Assembly (NCBI GenBank): GCA_964016885.1
Contig: OZ024744.1
Span: forward strand, 135,842,001-135,906,000
Direction: 5' to 3'
Length of the DNA: 64,000 nt
Source of the DNA: Eledone cirrhosa
Lineage: Eukaryota
Shown: piece by piece, positions 53,946 to 64,000 of the stretch
Numbering within the stretch: position 1 is the stretch's first letter
Layout: each line of letters opens with the position of its first letter
The notes under the pieces: generated by a model
The model's input: the letters and a program-made list of their open reading frames with translations, nothing else
Database searches by the model: none
Told to the model about the DNA's origin: nothing
Made by a program: the position numbers and the translations under genes

Positions 53946-56347
53946 AGGTTTAACAGGAATCAGATGTAGGAGAGGAGACTGTTTGTATAGACATGTGATG
54001 TGTATGGATGAACTGAGAGAGAAACTAGGTATATATAGGAATCAGATGTAGTGTGTAGGAGAGGAGACTGTGTTGGTATAGACATGTGATGTGTATGGAT
54101 GAACTGAGAGAGAAACTAGGTATAAGAGGAATCAGATGTAGTGTGTAGGAGAGGAGACTGTGTTGGTATAGACATGTGATGTGTATGGATGAAGTGAGAG
54201 AGAAACTAGGTATGAGAAGAATCAGATGTAGTGTGTAGGAGAGGAGACTGTTTGTATAGACATGTGATGTGTATGTATGAACTGGGAGAGAAACTAGGTA
54301 TAAGAGGAATCAGATGTAGGAGAGGTGATTGTGTTGGTATAGACATGGGATGTGTATAGATGAACTGAGAGAGAAACTAGGTTTAAGAGGAATCAGATGT
54401 AGGAGAGGAGACTGTGTTTGTATAGACATGTGATGTGTATGGATGAACTGAGAGAGAAACTAGGTTTAAGAGGAATCAGATGTAGGAGAGGAGAATGTGT
54501 TAGTAGAGACATGGAATGTGTATGGATGAACTGAGAGAGAAACTAGGTATAAGATGAATGAGATGTAGGAGAGGAGACTGTTAGTATAGACATGGGATGT
54601 GTATGGATGAACTGAGAGAGAAACTAGGTATAAGAGGAATCAGATGTAGGAGAGGAGACTGTTAGTATAGACATGGGATGTGTATGGATGAACTGAGAGA
54701 GAAACTAGGTATAAGAGGAATCAGATGTAGGAGAGGAGACTGTGTTGGTATAGACATGTGATGTGTATGGATGAACTGAGAGAGAAACTAATTATAAGAG
54801 GGATCAGATGTAGGAGAGGTGATTGTTTGGGTATAGACATGGGAGGTGTATAGATGAACTGAGAGAGAAACTAGGTTTAACAGGAATCAGAGGTAGTGTG
54901 TAGGAGAGGAGACTGTGTTGGTATAGACATGTGATGTGTAATGATGAACTGAGAGAGAAACTAGGTATAAGAGGAATCAGATGTAGTGTGTAGGATAGGA
55001 GACTGTGTTGGTATAGACATGTGATGTGTATGGATGAAATGAGAGAGAAACTAGGTATAAGAGGAATCAGATGTAGTGTGTAGGAGAGAAGACTGTGTTT
55101 GTATAGACATGGGATGTGTATGGATGAAGTGAGAGGGAAACTAGGTATAAGAAGAATCAGATGTAGTGTGTAGGAGAGGAGACTGTTTGTATAGACATGT
55201 GATGTGTATGGATGAACTGAGAGAGAAACTAGGTATAAGAGGAATCAGATGTAGTGTGTAGGAGAGGAGACTGTGTTGGTATAGGCATGTGATGTGTATG
55301 GATAAACTGAGAGAGAAACTAGGTATAAGAGGAATCAGATGTAGTGTGTAGGAGAGGAGACTGTGTTGGTATAGACATATGATGTGTATGGATGAAGTGA
55401 GAGAGAAACTAGGTATGAGAAAAATCAGATGTAGTGTGTAGGAGAGGAGACTGTTTGTATAGACATGTGATGCGTATGGATGAACTGAGAGAGAAACTAG
55501 GTATAAGAAGAATCAGATGTAGTGTGTAGGAGAGGAGACTGTTTGTATAGACATGTGATATGTATGGATGAACTGGGAGAGAAACTAGGTATAAGAGGAA
55601 TCAGATGTAGGAGAGGTGATTGTGTTGGTATAGACATGGGATGCGTATAGATGAACTGAGAGAGAAACTAGGTTTAAGAGGAATCAGATGTAGGAGAGGA
55701 GACTGTGTTTGTATAGACATGTGATGTGTATGGATGAACTGAGAGAGAAACTAGGTTTAAGAGGAATCAGATGTAGGAGAGGAGACTGTGTTAGTAGAGA
55801 CATGGAATGTGTATGGATGAACTGAGAAAGAATCTAGGTATATGAGGAATCAGATGTAGGAGAGGAGACTGTTAGTATAGACATGGGATGTGTATGGATG
55901 AACTGAGAGAGAAACTAGGTATAAGAGGAATCAGATGTAGGAGAGGAGACTGTGTTGGTATAGACATGTGATGTGTATGGATGAACTGAGAGAGAAACTA
56001 GGTATAAGAGGAATCAGATATAGTGTGTAGGAGAGGAGACTGTGTTGGTATAGACATGTGATGTGTATAGATGAACTGAGAGAGAAACTAGTTATAAGAG
56101 GAATCAGATGTAGGAGAGGTGATTGTGTGTGTATAGACAGGGGATGTGTATAGATGAACTGAGAGAGAAACTAGGTTTAACAGGAATCAGATGTAGTGTG
56201 TAGGAGAGGAGACTGTGTTGGTATAGACATGTGATGTGTATGGATGAACTGAGAGAGAAACTAGGTATAAGAGGAATCAGATGTAGTGTGTAGGAGAGGT
56301 GACTGTGTTAGTATAGACATGTGATGAACTGAGAGAGAAACTAGGTA

Positions 56348-59300
56348 TAAGAGGAATCAGATGTAGTGTGTAGGAGAGGAGACTGTGTTGGTATAGACAT
56401 GTGATGTGTAATGATGAACTGAGAGAGAAACTAGGTATAAGAGGAATCAGATGTAGTGTGTAGGAGAGGAGACTGTGTTGGTATAGACATGTGATGTGTA
56501 TGGATGAACTGAGAGAGAAACTAGGTATAAGAGGAATCAGATGTAGTGTGTAGGAGAGAAGATTGTGTTTGTATAGACATGGGATGTGTATGGATGAAGT
56601 GAGAGGGAAACTAGGTATAAGAAGAATCAGATGTAGTGTGTAGGAGAGGAGACTGTTTGTATAGACATGTGATGTGTATGGATGAACTGAGAGAGAAACT
56701 AGGTATAAGAAGAATCAGATGTAGTGTGTAGGAGAGGAGACTGTGTTGGTATAGACATGTGATGTGTATGGATGGACTGGGAGAGAAACTAGGTATAAGA
56801 GGAATCAGATGTAGGAGAGGTGATTGTGTTGGTATAGACATGGGATGTGTATAGATGAACTGAGAGAGAAACTAGGTTTAAGAGGAATCAGATGTAGGAG
56901 AGGAGACTGTGTTTGTATAGACATGTGATGTGTATGGATGAACTGAGAGAGAAACTAGGTTTAAGAGGAATCAGATGTAGGAGAGGAGACTGTGTTAGTA
57001 GAGACATGGAATGTGTATGGATGAACTGAGAAAGAAACTAGGTATATGAGGAATCAGATGTAGGAGAGGAGACTGTGTTGGTATAGACATGTGATGTGTA
57101 TGGATGAACTGAGAGAGAAACTAGGTATAAGAGGAATCAGATATAGTGTGTAGGAGAGGAGACTGTGTTGGTATAGACATGTGATGTGTATAGATGAACT
57201 GAGAGAGAAACTAGTTATAAGAGGAATCAGATGTAGGAGAGGTGATTGTGTGTGTATAGACAGGGGATGTGTATAGATGAACTGAGAGAGAAACTAGGTT
57301 TAACAGGAATCAGATGTAGTGTGTAGGAGAGGAGACTGTGTTGGTATAGACATGTGATGTGTATGGATGAACTGAGAGAGAAACTAGGTATAAGAGGAAT
57401 CAGATGTAGTGTGTAGGAGAGGTGACTGTGTTAGTATAGACATGTGATGAACTGAGAGAGAAACTAGGTATAAGAGGAATCAGATGTAGTGTGTAGGAGA
57501 GGAGACTGTGTTGGTATAGACATGTGATGAACAGAGATGAACAAGGTATAAGAGGAATCAGATGTAGTGTGTAGGAGAGGAGACTGTGTTGGTATAGACA
57601 TGTGATGTGTAATGATGAACTGAGAGAGAAACTAGGTATAAGAGGAATCAGATGTAGTGTGTAGGAGAGGAGACTGTGTTGGTATAGACATGTGATGTGT
57701 ATGGATGAACTGAGAGAGAAACTAGGTATAAGAAGAATCAGATGTAGTGTGTAGGAGAGGAGACTGTTTGTATAGACATGTGATGTGTATGGATGAACTG
57801 GGAGAGAAACTAGGTATAAGAGGAATCAGATGTAGGAGAGGTGATTGTGTTGGTATAGACATGGGATGTGTATAGATGAACTGAGAGAGAAACTAGGTTT
57901 AAGAGGAATCAGATGTAGGAGAGGAGACTGTGTTAGTAGAGACATGGATTGTGTATGGATGAACTGAGAAAGAAACTAGGTATAAGACGAATCAGATGTA
58001 GGAGAGGAGACTGTTAGTATAGACATGTGATGTGTATGGATGAACTGAGAGAGAAACTAGGTATAAGAGGAATCAGATGTAGTGTGTAGGAGAGGAGACT
58101 GTGTTGGTATAGACATGTGATGTGTATGGATGAACTGAGAGAGAAACTAGGTATAAGAGGAATCAGATGTAGTGTGTAGGAGAGGAGACTGTGTTGGTAT
58201 AGACATGTGATGTGTATGGATGAACTGAGAGAGAAACTAGTTATAAGAGGAATCAGATGTAGTGTGTAGGAGAGGAGACTGTGTTGGTATAGACATGTGA
58301 TGAACAGAGATGAACAAGGTATAAGAGGAATCAGATGTAGTGTGTAGGAGAGGGGACTGTGTTGGTATAGACATGTGATGTGTAATGATGAACTGAGAGA
58401 GAAACTAGTTATAAGAGGAATCAGATGTAGTGTGTAGGAGAGGAGACTGTGTTGGTATAGACATGTGATGTGTATGGATGAAGTGAGAGGGAAACTAGGT
58501 ATAAGAGGAATCAGATGTAGTGTGTAGGAGAGAAGACTGTGTTTGTATAGATATGTGATGAACAGAGATAAACAAGGTATAAGAGGAATCAGATGTAGTG
58601 TGTAGGATAGGAGACTGTGTTTGTATAGACATGGGATGTGTATGGATGAACTGAGAGAGAAACTAGGTATAAGAGGAATCAGATATAGGAGAGGAGACTG
58701 TGTTGGTATAGACATGTGATGTGTATGGATGAACTGAGAGAGAAACTAGGTATAAGAGGAATCAGATGTAGGAGAGGAGACTGTGTTGGTATAGACATGT
58801 GATGTGTATGGATGAACTGAGAGAGAAACTAGGTATAAGAGGAATCAGATGTAGGAGAGGAGACTGTGTTGGTATAGACATGTGATGTGTATGGATAAAC
58901 TGAGAGAGAAACTAGGTATATATAGGAATCAGATGTAGTGTGTAGGAGAGGAGACTGTGTTGGTATAGACATGTGATGTGTAATGATGAACTGAGAGAGA
59001 AACTAGGTATAAGAGGAATCAGATGTAGTGTGTAGGAGAGTAGACTGTGTTGGTATAGACATGGGATGTGTATGGATGAAGTGAGAGGGAACCTAGGTAT
59101 AAGAAGAATCAGATGTAGTGTGTAGGATAGGAGACTGTGTTGGTATAGACATGTGATGTGTATGGATGAAATGAGAGAGAAACTAGATATAAGAGGAATC
59201 AGATGTAGTGTGTAGGAGAGAAGACTGTGTTTGTATAGACATGGGATGTGTATGGATGAAGTGAGAGGGAAACTAGGTATAAGAAGAATCAGATGTAGTG

Positions 59301-62300
59301 TGTAGGAGAGGAGACTGTTTGTATAGACATGTGATGTGTATGGATGAACTGAGAGAGAAACTAGGTATAAGAGGAATCAGATGTAGTGTGTAGGAGAGGA
59401 GACTGTGTTGGTATAGGCATGTGATGTGTATGGATAAACTGAGAGAGAAACTAGGTATAAGAGGAATCAGATGTAGTGTGTAGGAGAGGAGACTGTGTTG
59501 GTATAGACATATGATGTGTATGGATGAAGTGAGAGAGAAACTAGGTATGAGAAAAATCAGATGTAGTGTGTAGGAGAGGAGACTGTTTGTATAGACATGT
59601 GATATGTATGGATGAACTGGGAGAGAAACTAGGTATAAGAGGAATCAGATGTAGGAGAGGTGATTGTGTTGGTATAGACATGGGATGCGTATAGATGAAC
59701 TGAGAGAGAAACTAGGTTTAAGAGGAATCAGATGTAGGAGAGGAGACTGTGTTTGTATAGACATGTGATGTGTATGGATGAACTGAGAGAGAAACTAGGT
59801 TTAAGAGGAATCAGATGTAGGAGAGGAGACTGTGTTAGTAGAGACATGGAATGTGTATGGATGAACTGAGAAAGAATCTAGGTATATGAGGAATCAGATG
59901 TAGGAGAGGAGACTGTTAGTATAGACATGGGATGTGTATGGATGAACTGAGAGAGAAACTAGGTATAAGAGGAATCAGATGTAGGAGAGGAGACTGTGTT
60001 GGTATAGACATGTGATGTGTATGGATGAACTGAGAGAGAAACTAGGTATAAGAGGAATCAGATATAGTGTGTAGGAGAGGAGACTGTGTTGGTATAGACA
60101 TGTGATGTGTATAGATGAACTGAGAGAGAAACTAGTTATAAGAGGAATCAGATGTAGGAGAGGTGATTGTGTGGGTATAGACAGGGGATGTGTATAGATG
60201 AACTGAGAGAGAAACTAGGTTTAACAGGAATCAGATGTAGTGTGTAGGAGAGGAGACTGTGTTGGTATAGACATGTGATGTGTATGGATGAACTGAGAGA
60301 GAAACTAGGTATAAGAGGAATCAGATGTAGTGTGTAGGAGAGGAGACTGTGTTGGTATAGACATGTGATGTGTATGGATGAAGTGAGAGAGAAACTAGGT
60401 ATGAGAAGAATCAGATGTAGTGTGTAGGAGAGGAGACTGTTTGTATAGACATGTGATGTGTATGTATGAACTGGGAGAGAAACTAGGTATAAGAGGAATC
60501 AGATGTAGGAGAGGTGATTGTGTTGGTATAGACATGGGATGTGTATAGATGAATTGAGAGAGAAACTAGGTTTAAGAGGAATCAGATGTAGTGTGTAGGA
60601 GAGGAGACTGTGTTGGTATAGACATGTGATGTGTATGGATGAAGTGAGAGAGAAACTAGGTATGAGAAGAATCAGATGTAGTGTGTAGGAGAGGAGACTG
60701 TGTTTGTATAGACATGTGATGTGTATGGATGAACTGAGTGAGAAACTAGGTTTAAGAGGAATCAGATGTAGTGTGTAGGAGAGGAGACTGTGTTGGTATA
60801 GACATGTGATGTGTATGGATGAAGTGAGAGAGAAACTAGGTATGAGAAGAATCAGATGTAGTGTGTAGGAGAGGAGACTGTGTTTGTATAGACATGTGAT
60901 GTGTATGGATGAACTGAGAGAGAAACTAGGTTTAAGAGGAATCAGATGTAGTGTGTAGGAGAGGAGACTGTGTTGGTATAGACATGTGATGTGTATGGAT
61001 GAAGTGAGAGAGAAACTAGGTATGAGAAGAATCAGATGTAGTGTGTAGGAGAGGAGACTGTGTTTGTATAGACATGTGATGTGTATGGATGAACTGAGAG
61101 AGAAACTAGGTTTAAGAGGAATCAGATGTAGTGTGTAGGAGAGGAGACTGTGTTGGTATAGACATGTGATGTGTAATGATGAACTGAGAGAGAAACTAGG
61201 TATAAGAGGAATCAGATGTAGTGTGTAGGAGAGGAGACTGTGTTGGTATAGACATGTGATGTGTATGGATGAACTGAGAGAGAAACTAGGTATAAGAGGA
61301 ATCAGATGTAGTGTGTAGGAGAGAAGATTGTGTTTGTATAGACATGGGATGTGTATGGATGAAGTGAGAGGGAAACTAGGTATAAGAAGAATCAGATGTA
61401 GTGTGTAGGAGAGGAGACTGTTTGTATAGACATGTGATGTGTATGGATGAACTGAGAGAGAAACTAGGTATAAGAAGAATCAGATGTAGTGTGTAGGAGA
61501 GGAGACTGTGTTGGTATAGACATGTGATGTGTATGGATGGACTGGGAGAGAAACTAGGTATAAGAGGAATCAGATGTAGGAGAGGTGATTGTGTTGGTAT
61601 AGACATGGGATGTGTATAGATGAACTGAGAGAGAAACTAGGTTTAAGAGGAATCAGATGTAGGAGAGGAGACTGTGTTTGTATAGACATGTGATGTGTAT
61701 GGATGAACTGAGAGAGAAACTAGGTTTAAGAGGAATCAGATGTAGGAGAGGAGACTGTGTTAGTAGAGACATGGAATGTGTATGGATGAACTGAGAAAGA
61801 AACTAGGTATATGAGGAATCAGATGTAGGAGAGGAGACTGTGTTGGTATAGACATGTGATGTGTATGGATGAACTGAGAGAGAAACTAGGTATAAGAGGA
61901 ATCAGATATAGTGTGTAGGAGAGGAGACTGTGTTGGTATAGACATGTGATGTGTATAGATGAACTGAGAGAGAAACTAGTTATAAGAGGAATCAGATGTA
62001 GGAGAGGTGATTGTGTGTGTATAGACAGGGGATGTGTATAGATGAACTGAGAGAGAAACTAGGTTTAACAGGAATCAGATGTAGTGTGTAGGAGAGGAGA
62101 CTGTGTTGGTATAGACATGTGATGTGTATGGATGAACTGAGAGAGAAACTAGGTATAAGAGGAATCAGATGTAGTGTGTAGGAGAGGTGACTGTGTTAGT
62201 ATAGACATGTGATGAACTGAGAGAGAAACTAGGTATAAGAGGAATCAGATGTAGTGTGTAGGAGAGGAGACTGTGTTGGTATAGACATGTGATGAACAGA

Positions 62301-64000
62301 GATGAACAAGGTATAAGAGGAATCAGATGTAGTGTGTAGGAGAGGAGACTGTGTTGGTATAGACATGTGATGTGTAATGATGAACTGAGAGAGAAACTAG
62401 GTATAAGAGGAATCAGATGTAGTGTGTAGGAGAGGAGACTGTGTTGGTATAGACATGTGATGTGTATGGATGAACTGAGAGAGAAACTAGGTATAAGAAG
62501 AATCAGATGTAGTGTGTAGGAGAGGAGACTGTTTGTATAGACATGTGATGTGTATGGATGAACTGGGAGAGAAACTAGGTATAAGAGGAATCAGATGTAG
62601 GAGAGGTGATTGTGTTGGTATAGACATGGGATGTGTATAGATGAACTGAGAGAGAAACTAGGTTTAAGAGGAATCAGATGTAGGAGAGGAGACTGTGTTA
62701 GTAGAGACATGGATTGTGTATGGATGAACTGAGAAAGAAACTAGGTATAAGACGAATCAGATGTAGGAGAGGAGACTGTTAGTATAGACATGTGATGTGT
62801 ATGGATGAACTGAGAGAGAAACTAGGTATAAGAGGAATCAGATGTAGTGTGTAGGAGAGGAGACTGTGTTGGTATAGACATGTGATGTGTATGGATGAAC
62901 TGAGAGAGAAACTAGGTATAAGAGGAATCAGATGTAGTGTGTAGGAGAGGAGACTGTGTTGGTATAGACATGTGATGTGTATGGATGAACTGAGAGAGAA
63001 ACTAGTTATAAGAGGAATCAGATGTAGTGTGTAGGAGAGGAGACTGTGTTGGTATAGACATGTGATGAACAGAGATGAACAAGGTATAAGAGGAATCAGA
63101 TGTAGTGTGTAGGAGAGGGGACTGTGTTGGTATAGACATGTGATGTGTAATGATGAACTGAGAGAGAAACTAGTTATAAGAGGAATCAGATGTAGTGTGT
63201 AGGAGAGGAGACTGTGTTGGTATAGACATGTGATGTGTATGGATGAAGTGAGAGGGAAACTAGGTATAAGAGGAATCAGATGTAGTGTGTAGGAGAGAAG
63301 ACTGTGTTTGTATAGATATGTGATGAACAGAGATAAACAAGGTATAAGAGGAATCAGATGTAGTGTGTAGGATAGGAGACTGTGTTTGTATAGACATGGG
63401 ATGTGTATGGATGAACTGAGAGAGAAACTAGGTATAAGAGGAATCAGATATAGGAGAGGAGACTGTGTTGGTATAGACATGTGATGTGTATGGATGAACT
63501 GAGAGAGAAACTAGGTATAAGAGGAATCAGATGTAGGAGAGGAGACTGTGTTGGTATAGACATGTGATGTGTATGGATGAACTGAGAGAGAAACTAGGTA
63601 TAAGAGGAATCAGATGTAGGAGAGGAGACTGTGTTGGTATAGACATGTGATGTGTATGGATAAACTGAGAGAGAAACTAGGTATATATAGGAATCAGATG
63701 TAGTGTGTAGGAGAGGAGACTGTGTTGGTATAGACATGTGATGTGTAATGATGAACTGAGAGAGAAACTAGGTATAAGAGGAATCAGATGTAGTGTGTAG
63801 GAGAGTAGACTGTGTTGGTATAGACATGGGATGTGTATGGATGAAGTGAGAGGGAACCTAGGTATAAGAAGAATCAGATGTAGTGTGTAGGATAGGAGAC
63901 TGTGTTGGTATAGACATGTGATGTGTATGGATGAAATGAGAGAGAAACTAGATATAAGAGGAATCAGATGTAGTGTGTAGGAGAGAAGACTGTGTTTGTA
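56348..64000 (+). repeat. 4765-bp tandem duplication (56348-61112; second copy from 61113, truncated by the window end)
   Basis: Identical ORFs lie at 56611/61376 and 58014/62779. The private CTAGATATAAG variant is at 59186/63951. Confidence 0.92.
60552..61091 (+). repeat. 180-bp dimer, three tandem copies (two copies at 20598-20957, 35932-36291, 48597-48956)
   Basis: A GGTTTAAG 90-mer strictly alternates with an AAGTG...GGTATGAGAAG...TGTTTGT 90-mer. Confidence 0.88.

Larger units (their letters stand above)
1..64000 (+). repeat. Tandem satellite DNA array, 90-bp consensus monomer with 88/83/81/80/78-bp variants, head-to-tail, extending beyond both window edges
   Basis: The motif order AACTGAGAGAGAAACTAGG-TATAAGAGGAATCAGATGTAG-(TGTGTAG)-GAGAGGAGACTG-TATAGACATG-GATG recurs on every line from base 1 to 64000. 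I saw no inverted or foreign segment. Confidence 0.99.

Noticed and set aside
447-63480. All minus-strand ORFs (69-233 aa) as protein-coding genes
   Set aside because: They are translations of the satellite monomer. They start and stop wherever length variants shift the frame, have no unique domain, and recur at the duplication offsets.
1-64000. CRISPR array or repeat-spacer cassette system
   Set aside because: There are no unique spacers, since variable positions are SNPs and indels of one consensus. There is no leader and no cas, recombinase or reverse transcriptase gene.
1-64000. Telomeric repeat or canonical G-quadruplex array
   Set aside because: There are no tandem TTAGGG/TTAGG-type units. 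G runs are mostly GG, with only isolated GGG/GGGG in variants.
1-64000. CENP-B box or alpha-satellite identity
   Set aside because: The CENP-B box needs TTCG and CGGG cores, but the consensus has no CpG and no resemblance to alpha satellite that I can see.
1-64000. Embedded transposon, inversion or unique island
   Set aside because: None was seen on reading through, and all segments fit the monomer in the same orientation. A very short insertion could have been missed by eye.

Overview
The whole 64-kb window is one uninterrupted, single-orientation tandem satellite array of roughly 740 monomers (estimated from a mean length near 86-87 bp). I see no unique sequence, gene, RNA gene, transposon or CRISPR array. 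The consensus monomer is 90 bp: AACTGAGAGAGAAACTAGGTATAAGAGGAATCAGATGTAGTGTGTAGGAGAGGAGACTGTGTTGGTATAGACATGTGATGTGTATGGATG. Discrete length variants of 88, 83, 81, 80, 78 and +1 bp recur. The main signal is a nested hierarchy: two homologous 54+36-bp halves make the 90-bp monomer, which forms 180-bp dimers and ordered ~1.1-1.5-kb variant cassettes. Above that are 3-5-kb block duplications, near-identical 15.3/15.5-kb and 12.7-kb tandem duplications, and a collinear match between the two ends of the window ~54 kb apart. This is the architecture of eukaryotic centromeric, pericentromeric or subtelomeric satellite with higher-order repeats (inference). I do not recognise the family or the organism. 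All listed ORFs are by-products of one stop-free minus-strand frame of the 90-mer. I found no evidence of a new gene-based system; any novelty lies in the satellite family and its organisation. All alignments were done by eye, so breakpoints are approximate.
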